Assembly (NCBI GenBank): GCA_964446685.1
Contig: CAYUPO010000002.1
Span: 3,606-62,630, forward strand
Direction: 5' to 3'
From: an uncultured Gammaproteobacteria bacterium
GTDB taxonomy: Bacteria; Patescibacteriota; Microgenomatia; Daviesbacterales; UBA10151
DNA length: 59,025 bases
Shown here: positions 26,587-36,364 of the stretch, piece after piece
Position numbering within the stretch: position 1 is the first letter of the stretch
Layout of the letters: each line of letters opens with the position of its first letter
Notes under the pieces: generated by a model
What the model was told of the DNA's origin: nothing
What the model saw: only the letters and a program-made list of their open reading frames with translations
Database searches by the model: none
Translations under genes and position numbers: made by a program

Positions 26587-27318
26587 ATGAAAATATTACT
26601 CTACGGAAAAAATTCTGAAGATATTAAACCTCTCTGTGAAGAGATGGGATTTGAAATTGTTGAAGAAAATCCGGATGTGATTATTACTTATGGAGGTGAT
26701 GGAACTCTACTGGCTTCAGAAAGAAAATTCCCTGAGATACCCAAACTCCCCATCCGTGATAGCAAAGTCTGCCGGAAATGCTCCGAACATGAAACAGAGC
26801 ACCTGTTAACTCTTCTGAAAGAAGACAAATTACTGATCACTCAACAGCCAAAGCTGGAAACTGAATTTGAAGGCAACAAGTTAGTCGCGCTCAATGACAT
26901 CGTCGTTCGCAACGCTTCCGCTTATCACGCCATCCGTTTTTATATCTCAGTCAATGGCACAAGATATACCAAAGAGTTAGTCATTGGTGATGGTATTGTT
27001 GTCTCTACTGCATTTGGATCAACCGGCTATTACCAAAGTATTACCCGCACCACCTTTGAAAAAAATTTCCGGATCGTTTTTAACAACGCCGTCACAGAGC
27101 TTTCTCCTTTAGAATTCACTGCCGAGGATGAAATTACCATGGATATTGTTCGTGGTCCAGGAGAACTAACCTGTGACAACAACCCTGAAACCATCGAACT
27201 TGAAGCCGGTAATCAACTCCATATAAAAGTATCAACCAACACTGCCAGTATCTACTCACCTGAAACATTAAGATGCAACAAATGCCAAATCAGACGTGAC
27301 CAAAGACTTCATGACTAA
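26587..27318 (+). CDS. nadK: NAD(+) kinase
   Basis: GGDGTLL, NDIVV, GDGIVVSTAFGSTGY; start moved because ATG 26554 lies in a REP. Confidence 0.88.
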   Translation: MKILLYGKNSEDIKPLCEEMGFEIVEENPDVIITYGGDGTLLASERKFPEIPKLPIRDSKVCRKCSEHETEHLLTLLKEDKLLITQQPKLETEFEGNKLVALNDIVVRNASAYHAIRFYISVNGTRYTKELVIGDGIVVSTAFGSTGYYQSITRTTFEKNFRIVFNNAVTELSPLEFTAEDEITMDIVRGPGELTCDNNPETIELEAGNQLHIKVSTNTASIYSPETLRCNKCQIRRDQRLHD

Positions 27319-27339
27319 GTAAAAAACTTGAAGAATAAC

Positions 27340-28338
27340 TCAGCGATACTTTTCCGTATTTCTCACATGTTCATCTAAAGTTTTGGCATAATACGAATTC
27401 CCCTCAGAATCATGGTAATAATATACATATGGAGTGCTTGGATCAGCGTTGGCAATTGCTTTCAGTGAAGACAGTGATGGATTACAAATTGGTGCCGGAG
27501 GAAGAGTACTGTTAAGGTAAGTATTATACGGAGACTTCACACTGGAATAATCTTCCTGACTGATCGCTCCCCACCATTTATCCAGCTTCGGATTAGCTTT
27601 ATAAAGAGTAGTATCCATCGCATATCTGACTGTTGCATCGATATCCAGTTTCATCCCCATTTTCATCCGCTTTAGCATAATACTAGCCACTTCCTGTCTG
27701 ACTTTATCACTCCGACCTTCCCTTTCAACCAGTGAAGCCAATATCACAGCCTGGGATTCAGTTAGCCCCTGAGCTTTTACTTTCGACTTTAAATCTGCAT
27801 CAAATTTTTTATCAAAAGTATTGGTTAATGTTCCAATAATTGTAGCCACACTTGCATCCGGATTGAAAAAATATGTATCAGGAAACATATACCCCTCTTT
27901 AGCCGATTTTAAAAACTCCGTTTGAGATATCCCCATCTCTTTTTCCAGCTTTTGGGCTATTTGCTCAGCTCTCCAACCTTCAAGTAAAGTCACCCTTACA
28001 TCAACTGAACCTTTCTGTAACTGCTCAATTATTTCCTGCGGCGTCATTGCAGCTGATATTTTAAAGTCCCCTGGCTGGATCACCTGATCTTCATTTTTTA
28101 TAAAAACTTTCAGAAAAGCTTTGGCGGAGCGAATATATTTTTCTTCTTCCAGTCTGATTGCCACATCAGTTGGGGTTTCACCATTTTTGACAATAAACAT
28201 TTTTGCTTCAGCTTTTGCATCAAGCGGAGAAATTAAATAGGAGTTTTGATACCAGTGATAAGTGCCTATTCCAACAAAGGTCAGTAAAACCACCACAAAA
28301 ATGAAAAAAAATATTGGATTTTTCTTTTTAACAGCCAT
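27340..28338 (-). CDS. mltG: Endolytic transglycosylase MltG
   Basis: TLLEG, EGYMFPDTY, LASLVERE, DATVRY, SPYNTY...LPPAPICNP. Confidence 0.92.
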   Translation of the reverse strand: MAVKKKNPIFFFIFVVVLLTFVGIGTYHWYQNSYLISPLDAKAEAKMFIVKNGETPTDVAIRLEEEKYIRSAKAFLKVFIKNEDQVIQPGDFKISAAMTPQEIIEQLQKGSVDVRVTLLEGWRAEQIAQKLEKEMGISQTEFLKSAKEGYMFPDTYFFNPDASVATIIGTLTNTFDKKFDADLKSKVKAQGLTESQAVILASLVEREGRSDKVRQEVASIMLKRMKMGMKLDIDATVRYAMDTTLYKANPKLDKWWGAISQEDYSSVKSPYNTYLNSTLPPAPICNPSLSSLKAIANADPSTPYVYYYHDSEGNSYYAKTLDEHVRNTEKYR

Positions 28339-28357
28339 AGTCTTAAGAGTAACGAAC

Positions 28358-28750
28358 TTAGCTCAGGGAATCAAGAAACTGCTGCAAAATAAGCATCGCT
28401 GAATAAGCATCTTCCTGCTGACGGTCTTTTTGGCCTACACCCAAAGTTATCATCAAATTTTGTGCGTCCTTAGTACTTAAAGTCTCATCAGTCTCAATTA
28501 TCTGCACCTGTTCATCTTTATACTTATTCCTTAATTCACTGGCAAATCCTTTGGCGATTTTTCCCATTTTACCCTCAGGAACACCTATTACAACCCGGTT
28601 TATCTCTTCCCTTTTAATCTCATGCCCAACCTTCTCCAGCCCGTCTTTCAGACTGGATATCGCAATAACTTTCAAAGGTGAAGCTACCTGTCCCTCAGAC
28701 ACAGCCAACCCAACTTTTTTCAAACCGTAATCGATACCGAGATACTTCAT
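28358..28750 (-). CDS. ruvX: YqgF/RuvX family nuclease
   Basis: LGIDYGLKKVGLA, DETLST, EDAYSA. Confidence 0.9.
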   Translation of the reverse strand: MKYLGIDYGLKKVGLAVSEGQVASPLKVIAISSLKDGLEKVGHEIKREEINRVVIGVPEGKMGKIAKGFASELRNKYKDEQVQIIETDETLSTKDAQNLMITLGVGQKDRQQEDAYSAMLILQQFLDSLS

Positions 28751-28770
28751 AAAAGAATTATACTGAATCA

Positions 28771-28872
28771 AATTTCTAATTACGAATTTCTAATGACTAA
28801 ACAATGTCTAAAAAATAAATGACTAAGCAGTTTAGTCATTAGGATTTGGAAATTATTTAGGAATTAGAAATT
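28771..28872. repeat. AT-rich long imperfect palindrome (AATTTCTAATT family)
   Basis: AATTTCTAATT/AATTAGAAATT outer arms; inner CTAATGACTAAAC/GTTTAGTCATTAG. Confidence 0.7.
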
Positions 28873-28894
28873 AGGTTACTTAGAAATTTCTACT

Positions 28895-29536
28895 CTAGCT
28901 TTTAAGCTTCGCCAGCACTACTAGCCTCTTGGTATTAAATCCGGGTGGTACACAGGTCATTAAAGTTAAATACCGGCCTCTGTTATCAGGCGGATTAAGC
29001 ACTGTGGTGTCTTTTGGATCAACAATTTTCATTCCCTCTACTATATATTCAAATTGCTGACCAGCTGCCGCAATATAAATATTGTCACCTTTTTTAATAC
29101 TAGGCAGATTGGCAAATAAGGCTTTTTTTATACCAGTTGGTAAAGATGAATGACCGGTAACAAAAATATTTCCTCTTTCTCCTGGAAGTGCACTACCAGG
29201 CAGCTGAGCCAAAGTTGACTCAAAATCATTACTCCACACTTTTGTAACTAGATTTTCCATTTTGAGCTTAGGAATACTAACTTTAAATTCTTTATAAGGC
29301 AGATTGGAGGGATTAGCATAATTTGCTACAAATGCCGGGAAATTTTCAAAGTCCTGAATACTGACTCCGGAAACAAGTCCTCCATTACCATCACTCGCCA
29401 GAGGATTTGCCAAAATAGTCTCCTGTTCAAAAGCAAACAACTCCCAGGATTTAAATTCTAAAAAGGGCAAAACAACCTGCATGAGGACGAAAACACCAAC
29501 TCCTAAAAATAGTAGCGATAGACCTTTAATAAACAT
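28895..29536 (-). CDS. Second sortase
   Basis: TM anchor; GHSS, LTLMTCVPPG, RLVV. Confidence 0.85.
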   Translation of the reverse strand: MFIKGLSLLFLGVGVFVLMQVVLPFLEFKSWELFAFEQETILANPLASDGNGGLVSGVSIQDFENFPAFVANYANPSNLPYKEFKVSIPKLKMENLVTKVWSNDFESTLAQLPGSALPGERGNIFVTGHSSLPTGIKKALFANLPSIKKGDNIYIAAAGQQFEYIVEGMKIVDPKDTTVLNPPDNRGRYLTLMTCVPPGFNTKRLVVLAKLKS

Positions 29537-29593
29537 AGGACATGTGCCCTCCAGCGTTCCGTCTATCGCCTGAGGAAATTTAAAAAGTTAATG

Positions 29594-29658
29594 AGTAAAC
29601 CAGTTAATTAGTAAATCAGGTAACCCTCCTAATTAACTAATCTCTGGTTTACTAATTA
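29594..29658. repeat. AT-rich palindromic element (GTTAATTAG family)
   Basis: AGTAAACCAG/CTGGTTTACT and GTTAATTAG/CTAATTAAC inverted pairs; related copy at 55327-55391. Confidence 0.65.
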
Positions 29659-29662
29659 TCTA

Positions 29663-31876
29663 TTATTTAGCCATAACTTCAATAGTAATATTCTTTGTTA
29701 AAAATGGTAGCCGCTGTAGCGGACCAATCGGAACATTTGGTGAATAGTCGATCTGTGAACCAATCACATTTTCAATCTGTTTCAGTCTATCCGATGCCTG
29801 AGCAGTGGACTTGAAAGCAATATCTTTTTTCAACTGTTCCATATCAAATTTTGGCATCAGCTTGGCTTTAAATTTAGCAGTAAATACCAATAGGCCGTCT
29901 TTTTCCGCTTTAGCCACATCAGCCTGTGTTTCAGTCTGAGACAAGTCCAGTTCATATCCCTCGGGAGCTGTGACCTGAACTAATTTGGAAACAATTGATT
30001 TCAAATCAGCATCTTTATATGCCGTACCGGTTAGTTTAACTGTCAGATTTAAAGTCACATCAGCTGCCTGATCTCCGACATTTTTCGAAAAAGTTTTCTT
30101 AATCACCTGATCGGTCAAAGCTTCTTCCAGAATTTTAAGATCACCTGTCATCTTACCTTGCAGCTCTTCTCTGGCTTTCTTTTTTAGATCAGACAATACC
30201 TGAGCCAACAGTTTATTCTGATCATCAGCTGTTACCACAGTTACATCTTTGGAAATTCCTCCTGAGAAAGCCGCATCTACCTTGGCAACCACATCAGATT
30301 TAGAAAATCCTCCGACACTCAAATCCCCACCTGCCGCAATATTTCCATCCGGACCAATCACTGCCGCTGTTGCATCAGCTGGACTGGATTTGGTTGGCGG
30401 ATCTGCCGCACTGGCTGATTTTGAAGCTACTTCAACACCGCTATCTAAAATAAATTTTTGTCCTTTACCATCCGTCAAAGTGGTCCCCTTACTAATGGTC
30501 AGAGTTTTATCAGTTGCGTTATAAACAATAACTTTTCCTTTTGCCGGCTCACCGATCTGTTTTTTACCGGTTGCCTGAATCTTATCACTACCTGTGACCT
30601 CAGTCCCTACGACTTCACCAGGAATAACCTTAGCCGATTCATCAATTGCAGTAGCTTTTGGATCCGCTGTTACAGTAGTCTGATTTTCCAGTGTTTTAAG
30701 ATCAACAAAAACACTGACTTTGGCTTTCTGTAAATACAAAAATCCACCAACCAAAAGCAGTAAAACCAATGGGATTATCAGCAGTTTGGCACTACCTCCA
30801 AGTAAACCCCCAATGCCAACAGGCAGACCAACTGATGGAAGTGATGGCAAAAGTGGCTTACTTTCCTGAACATGATGTGCATTTCGTCTCATAGGCACAG
30901 CCCTACCATACACATCAACATCCCCTTCATCTCCCATTTCCTCATCCAAAGCCATCTCCTGATCATTTACTGCCTGAACATTTTCAATATCTCCAGCTAC
31001 AAATCCCACATTCTCCAGTTCAGATTCAGCTTTATGTCCCCTGTGTTTACCATGATGTTCCTCAACCGGAAGTGGTTTACCTACTTTATGACTGGATTTA
31101 ACATCCTCCACCATAGTCCCTGAAGCTACATGGACATCGGGATCAATCTCAGAAGCTCCGGCATAACCAACAGCCTGAATAATTGTTGTCGGATCAAGAT
31201 CCTCTATTTTAGGTAAATGAAGAAATGGCAACTGCGACATCCAGGGATGTGATGTCACCTCTTCTTTAAATTTACCAACTTTATCTTCACCAAACAGAAT
31301 AATTTTTGAAGGAAGAACCTCTACATCAGTAAATGTCACCAGTGCTTTTTCAATATCTTTTGGCAGGTTATCACTTCTTTTTACCTGTTTACTCTCCATG
31401 ATCTTCCCACCCTTAACAACTGAAACAGTCACCGGATCGCCGACATGCACCAATACCGCAGTCAGTGGAACACCTGTTTGTCTGGCCACCAAATGTGATA
31501 CAGCCTGTGTCGTTGCCACATATGCCATTGGCACCACATCCAACTCTTTAACAAGTTGTTTCAGGATTTTCAGATACTCGGGTTTTAGATCTTCATCTGC
31601 CAGCCAGTCATCAGGCACACCAAACAGGATTTTAGAAGGTTCAGGTTGAAAATCAGCTAATGCTTCATCCAGCACAAAGTTAGCAGCTTCTATCAGATCT
31701 TTTTCCGATTCATAAGCTGTTTTAGAAGAACTGATAATATGAAGCTTGCCGCTTCTTATCCCCCAGACACAACCATAGACTATGGTGGATCCGATATTTA
31801 AACCAAAGTAATATTCTCCGGTTTCTTCTTTCTTGGGAAATGGTAAGTATTTGCTTAAAGAGTCAAAAAATTTCAT
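29663..31876 (-). CDS. Bitopic protein: degenerate FtsA/PilM-like actin-fold N-domain + TM + Baseplate-J-like extracellular region
   Basis: FGLNIGS and LVHVG resemble actin phosphate loops; single TM; ATGKKQIGEPAKGKVIVYN...GTTLT pattern. Confidence 0.55.
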   Translation of the reverse strand: MKFFDSLSKYLPFPKKEETGEYYFGLNIGSTIVYGCVWGIRSGKLHIISSSKTAYESEKDLIEAANFVLDEALADFQPEPSKILFGVPDDWLADEDLKPEYLKILKQLVKELDVVPMAYVATTQAVSHLVARQTGVPLTAVLVHVGDPVTVSVVKGGKIMESKQVKRSDNLPKDIEKALVTFTDVEVLPSKIILFGEDKVGKFKEEVTSHPWMSQLPFLHLPKIEDLDPTTIIQAVGYAGASEIDPDVHVASGTMVEDVKSSHKVGKPLPVEEHHGKHRGHKAESELENVGFVAGDIENVQAVNDQEMALDEEMGDEGDVDVYGRAVPMRRNAHHVQESKPLLPSLPSVGLPVGIGGLLGGSAKLLIIPLVLLLLVGGFLYLQKAKVSVFVDLKTLENQTTVTADPKATAIDESAKVIPGEVVGTEVTGSDKIQATGKKQIGEPAKGKVIVYNATDKTLTISKGTTLTDGKGQKFILDSGVEVASKSASAADPPTKSSPADATAAVIGPDGNIAAGGDLSVGGFSKSDVVAKVDAAFSGGISKDVTVVTADDQNKLLAQVLSDLKKKAREELQGKMTGDLKILEEALTDQVIKKTFSKNVGDQAADVTLNLTVKLTGTAYKDADLKSIVSKLVQVTAPEGYELDLSQTETQADVAKAEKDGLLVFTAKFKAKLMPKFDMEQLKKDIAFKSTAQASDRLKQIENVIGSQIDYSPNVPIGPLQRLPFLTKNITIEVMAK

Positions 31877-32047
31877 ACTGGCGTATCAATCATACTGCCA
31901 ACGGGCAGGCAGAACTTAAAAGTAACTAAATAATCATACCACGGCTGTGAAAAGAAAAAAAGTAAATTAATAATATCTCAGTTAAAATTAGTTCCTATTC
32001 GCCTCTATTCCGTGATTTATAGGTTTAAATCTGATAAAATTATTCCT

Positions 32048-32269
32048 ATGGCAACTCCTGAAAAACCAAATTTTAAATTATTAATAGGTGGCAGAAGTAG
32101 TACATTAGCGCCTGCCAGTTACCGTCCGGATTTATACTGGAATAGAAAAACTTTGAAAAAATTGGAAGAAGATGCAAAGACCCGGGCAATGGAAAAGTTA
32201 AAAATAAACAGCGGCTTAAATATTAAACCAACTAAACCGCCTCAACCTGATCCAGACTCTGCAGCTTAG
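32048..32269 (+). CDS. Small basic hypothetical protein
   Basis: Extended -10 TGaTAAAAT 7 nt before ATG; converges on alaS with 4-nt overlap. Confidence 0.5.
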   Translation: MATPEKPNFKLLIGGRSSTLAPASYRPDLYWNRKTLKKLEEDAKTRAMEKLKINSGLNIKPTKPPQPDPDSAA

Positions 32270-34104
32270 GCTAGTTCGGCTCTGATCCTTCTGACTCCAG
32301 CTGATACAGCTTCTTCTTTGGTTATTTTAATCCTGCCCACCAGATTTGTATGTTCAACATGCGGACCTCCGCAAAATTCCAGTGAATAATACCCACCTCG
32401 CTCCCGTTGATCCTGAGAGTCACTATCAAAAACAAATTTTGGACCCATGGCATAAATACTGACTTCTTTGGCATATTTTTCATTAAACAAACCGATCGCA
32501 TTCAGCCTTCGCGCCTCATCAATATCGATTGTAAAATGCTCCACTTTCAGATCATCCTGAATCCTTTGATTAACAATCTCTTCAACTTTTTTTAACTCTT
32601 CATCAGTCACTTTCCGGTCAAAAGAAAAATCAAACCGCAGTCTTTCAGGAGTAATATTGGATCCTTTCTGAAAAACTGATTGTCCCAAAACATCCCTTAA
32701 GGCCTGATGCAGCAGATGAGTTGCTGTATGATATTTAATTTCAGTCTCCGAGTGCCCAGCCAATCCTCCGGCAAATTTTCCGGCTGATGCATTCCGGGAC
32801 AGCTCTTTATGCGATTCAAACTCAGTCTGAAACTCCATCATATTGATCTGCTGACCTTTTTGCTGAAAAAGTTCAGCTGTGATCTCAACCGGAAATCCAA
32901 ATGTCTGATATAGATCAAAGGCTTTTTTACCATCAATTTGGTCAATTTTTTCGATCTCTTTCAATCCTATATCCAGTGTCTTAGCAAACTTGGTCATTTC
33001 ATCAGACACTACTTTTTGGATCAGCCCTCTCTGGTCACTCCGATTTACTCCAAAAAGCCCCTCATACATTCCCAAAATAACATCGCCAGCGACAGCTTCA
33101 AAAGTTTGAGCCGGCATTATTTTGTGATTTAGCTGATGAATTTTGACAGCGGAACGGCGCAGCAACCTACGCAACACATATCCATGCATTTTATTGGTAG
33201 GAACCACTCCGGATAAAATTAAAAAAGTAGCTGCTTTCAGATGATCGGCAATAATCCGCATCGAATACTCATTTTCACCCTCATATTTCTTTTCTGAATA
33301 CTTTTCAATGGTGCCAATTACTTCTGCATATAAATCTGTTTTAAACACATCCGCCTGATCCTCTACTGCTGCCAACATCCGCTCTAAACCTCCTCCAAAA
33401 TCAACATTCTGCTGCGGCAATTTTTCAAATTCACCATCTCCGGTTTTTTTATATTGAATAAACACTGAATTTCCAATCTCCATAAACCGACCGCAATCAC
33501 AGTTTGGATGGCATACTTCACCAAAAGAAGGATTATGGGCAACACTACTAAATTCATAAAAAATCTCACTGTCGACTCCGCCAATTTCTCCAACCGGCAT
33601 TTTATCTGGTGTTCCTGAGCGCGACCACCAGTTTTTTTCAACACCATATTGATGAATATGAGATGGGTCAACTCCAATCTCCTGCCAAATTTTTAAAGTC
33701 TCTTCATCTTTTGGAATCAGATCATTACCTTCAAATAAAGTTACATGTAATTTATCCTGTGGTAACCCAATCTCTTTGGTTAAAAATTCCCAGATCCAAC
33801 CCAACTGCTCTTTTTTAAAGTAACTTCCCAATCCCCAGTTGCCCAGCATTTCAAAAAAAGTAGTATGTCTGTTATCCCCTACTTCTTCAATATCTTCTGA
33901 TCTAAAACAAGGTTGTGAGTCTACTAACATATCCCCTGCCAGATGAATTTTCCCCATCAGATAAGGCACAAGTGGCTGCATACCTGAGGAAGTAAACAGA
34001 GTCGTCGGATCATCCTGCAATACCAGCTTGGCTGGAATAATCTGCACATGTCCCCTACTCACAAAAAACTGAATATATTTTTCACGAAGTTCACGGCTAG
34101 TCAT
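32266..34104 (-). CDS. alaS: Alanine-tRNA ligase lacking the C-Ala domain
   Basis: LFTSSGMQP, HTTFFEMLGNW, DFGGGLER, editing HTATH...CGGPH; ends at RRIRAELA. Confidence 0.95.
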   Translation of the reverse strand: MTSRELREKYIQFFVSRGHVQIIPAKLVLQDDPTTLFTSSGMQPLVPYLMGKIHLAGDMLVDSQPCFRSEDIEEVGDNRHTTFFEMLGNWGLGSYFKKEQLGWIWEFLTKEIGLPQDKLHVTLFEGNDLIPKDEETLKIWQEIGVDPSHIHQYGVEKNWWSRSGTPDKMPVGEIGGVDSEIFYEFSSVAHNPSFGEVCHPNCDCGRFMEIGNSVFIQYKKTGDGEFEKLPQQNVDFGGGLERMLAAVEDQADVFKTDLYAEVIGTIEKYSEKKYEGENEYSMRIIADHLKAATFLILSGVVPTNKMHGYVLRRLLRRSAVKIHQLNHKIMPAQTFEAVAGDVILGMYEGLFGVNRSDQRGLIQKVVSDEMTKFAKTLDIGLKEIEKIDQIDGKKAFDLYQTFGFPVEITAELFQQKGQQINMMEFQTEFESHKELSRNASAGKFAGGLAGHSETEIKYHTATHLLHQALRDVLGQSVFQKGSNITPERLRFDFSFDRKVTDEELKKVEEIVNQRIQDDLKVEHFTIDIDEARRLNAIGLFNEKYAKEVSIYAMGPKFVFDSDSQDQRERGGYYSLEFCGGPHVEHTNLVGRIKITKEEAVSAGVRRIRAELA

Positions 34105-34340
34105 CTTGCAAATCATACCAGAGTTATTTCTAATTGAGAAGTAAATGAAATAAGAAGTTTACTTGTATTATCTGACAGTTCTGGATCTTTTACGATATAA
34201 ATTCCTGGAAATATCACTAAGATACCATGTTCCAAATCCATATCTTGCAGCTTTTATCTCATCTTCAGGGGGTAATCTACGAGTTGCTTCAATTGCTAGT
34301 GAAAGTTCTTTTCGGGAGTTCAACATCTATCTCTTCCAAA

Positions 34341-34610
34341 CTATTTTTTTAATGCCATTAATGTTTTCAGTATTTTTTTAATAGTTCCAAAGCCATTTTT
34401 AGCCATAAATCCAACAATTGAGGCTGTTACTAGTTTGGAAGGCAAATCGGCTTTATTGGCAATTTCCTCAGTCCGGTCAAGCAGCCGATCAACTTTCGTT
34501 AAGGCTCTTTTAACTGTCAAGAAAACAATTAAAACAGCGATTCCTATTACTATGAAAATAACAGACCAGATAGTTATTAAAACAATTAATGCAATTTCTA
34601 TAGCAGTCAT
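34341..34610 (-). CDS. Small membrane protein (DUF948/YtxG-like)
   Basis: Long N-terminal TM followed by coiled segment; -10 box 6 nt upstream. Confidence 0.65.
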   Translation of the reverse strand: MTAIEIALIVLITIWSVIFIVIGIAVLIVFLTVKRALTKVDRLLDRTEEIANKADLPSKLVTASIVGFMAKNGFGTIKKILKTLMALKK

Positions 34611-34670
34611 GCGTCAAGTATATAGTATTTAGAAGCTAGTATCCAGTATTAAGAAGGTAATAGAACAAAG

Positions 34671-35309
34671 CTATTTTTTAACAAAAACAGTTCTTTTCTC
34701 TTCAGTTGTCTGACCAAATTTTGAAGTAGATTTAATAACTACTTCATTTGAGGAAGATGAAAGTTTAATCTCTTCTTTAAAATTACCATCCTGGTCAACC
34801 CCTACTTCCTGGTCATTAATTTTTACTTTCGCATCAGGATCAGTTTTTCCTTCAACAATCACAGCTGGAATCTCTACCGTCTGCCCTTCCGAAGGACTAT
34901 TTAAAGCCAGATCAGGCGATCCAACAAACTGGCGGTATTCAACCCAAAGATATGCAAAGAAACAAAGAATAATTAAAACAACAGTTAAACCAATCAGATG
35001 ACTGGGCTGCAAAGAAAACCGATTTTTCCCTACCGGCCTTTTCAGACTTTCCATTACCAAAGGTGGATGTTTTTTTGACTCAAAGTCTCTCCTGAATATC
35101 GCCAATAATTTTGATGCATCCAGCCCTAAAAAAGTCCCGTAGTTTTTGATAAATCCCTGAATAAAAGTTAAAGGAGGCAGCTTGTCAAAATCGTTATTTT
35201 CCAAAGCTTCCAGCATCTCTTTTCGAATTTTAATATGTTTCTCCACATCCTCCAGGGAGTAAAGCTTGCTCTCACGCGCTTCTTTCAATATCTGACCGAC
35301 AGTCCGCAT
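34671..35309 (-). CDS. RodZ-like protein: HTH_25 + TM + Ig-like domain
   Basis: GQILKEARE, IRKEMLEALENNDF...FIQGFIKNYGTFLGLD; TM; C-terminal VEGKTDPDAKVKIN. Confidence 0.8.
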   Translation of the reverse strand: MRTVGQILKEARESKLYSLEDVEKHIKIRKEMLEALENNDFDKLPPLTFIQGFIKNYGTFLGLDASKLLAIFRRDFESKKHPPLVMESLKRPVGKNRFSLQPSHLIGLTVVLIILCFFAYLWVEYRQFVGSPDLALNSPSEGQTVEIPAVIVEGKTDPDAKVKINDQEVGVDQDGNFKEEIKLSSSSNEVVIKSTSKFGQTTEEKRTVFVKK

Positions 35310-35317
35310 GGGGATAT

Positions 35318-35498
35318 TATAGCGAAGCTAATTGAAAAGTACCAATGAATACTCTAAGTTAACTTTTCAATATACCGGAGGTAATCAAAAAGTGCCATGA
35401 ACTATCCAAGCTAGCTTTTTGATATAGCGAAGCTAATTGAAAAGTACCAATGAATACTCTAAGTTAACTTTTCAATATACCGGAGGTAATCAAAAAGT
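35318..35498. repeat. Two identical 76-bp direct repeats, 105-bp period
   Basis: 35318-35393 = 35423-35498; each contains the IR ATTGAAAAGT/ACTTTTCAAT. Confidence 0.85.
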
Positions 35499-35509
35499 AC
35501 CAATGAAAA

Positions 35510-35628
35510 CAGATAGATCAGATTCATCGGCGTTATCAGCAACTCAGATAACAGAAAATTCAGAAAATCAGACTGGTTTATCTGTTATCTGATCTTAACC
35601 GATTCTAACTGATACGCTGATCTATCTG
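35510..35628. repeat. ~120-bp nested imperfect palindrome
   Basis: CAGATAGATCAG/CTGATCTATCTG and TCAGATAACAGA/TCTGTTATCTGA perfect 12-bp IRs. Confidence 0.8.
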
Positions 35629-35644
35629 CTACTGATTGTCCTAG

Positions 35645-35673
35645 TTGACACCAAAATTTTCACATTATACAGT
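35645..35673 (+). promoter_or_regulatory. sigma70-type promoter
   Basis: TTGACA-17 nt-TACAGT; the ORF-track TTG start is actually the -35 box. Confidence 0.65.
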
Positions 35674-35683
35674 TGGAACATCT

Positions 35684-36280
35684 ATGGATACTGCCAATTC
35701 AACTCCTCCGCGTGGTGACTATCAAAAAGCCGAAAAATACATCACCCAGCTTTGCACCCTGATTGAGCAAAACAAAATTGAAGTTATTCATACAGACTTG
35801 AAAAAATTTGACCCTAACTCTATTCAAGATCATTACCGTGTAGCGCTTGAGGACTATCACATTGAGATTAGTCATAGTAAATTACCAAACTCCGGAGCTG
35901 ATTCATATGTCATGCTATTTACCAATTTGAAAAATGTTGCAGCAGGCAGTGCTGATAAAACAATATTAGCCTATACCCAACTTTCTGACTCTCAATTTCA
36001 GACATTTAAAGAAGCAGCAGAAGCACAAATTGAAGAAAGACGCCGAAAAGAAGAGGAAAAAAGATTTAATGATGCCCTCTCACCAATTGATAATTTATTA
36101 AGCCAAGCTAAAAGTTCTGCTGCGGAAGAAACAGCAGTGGAAAAGCCAGCCGCGGAAGATAAACTACCTTCCTACAGTACGATCGCTTCTTCCTCTCCTG
36201 CCACCAATTTCTTTACCCCTGACAACAAAGCCAATTCTGAAACACCAGAAACAACCTCTTCCTCAAATCCATATATTTAA
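35684..36280 (+). CDS. Hypothetical protein with low-complexity tail
   Basis: Long ORF, globular-looking N-half, Ser/Thr/Ala/Glu-rich tail. Confidence 0.7.
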   Translation: MDTANSTPPRGDYQKAEKYITQLCTLIEQNKIEVIHTDLKKFDPNSIQDHYRVALEDYHIEISHSKLPNSGADSYVMLFTNLKNVAAGSADKTILAYTQLSDSQFQTFKEAAEAQIEERRRKEEEKRFNDALSPIDNLLSQAKSSAAEETAVEKPAAEDKLPSYSTIASSSPATNFFTPDNKANSETPETTSSSNPYI

Positions 36281-36364
36281 AAACCCTAAACCATCAAAAT
36301 TAACAAAAGAGACTTCAAACGGAAATATTTTTAAAAATTAAGAGAAACTTAGACCAAAAGAAGA

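Noticed and set aside
29663-31876. Prophage/tail region
   Set aside because: Single membrane-anchored gene among housekeeping genes; no capsid, terminase, integrase or tail genes
34163-34381. 72-aa ORF upstream of alaS
   Set aside because: Overlaps the 34341 gene on the opposite strand; no motif or start signal
35318-35507. Mini CRISPR array
   Set aside because: Only two 76-bp units; with the 15-mer taken as repeat, alternate spacers are identical; no cas genes in the window
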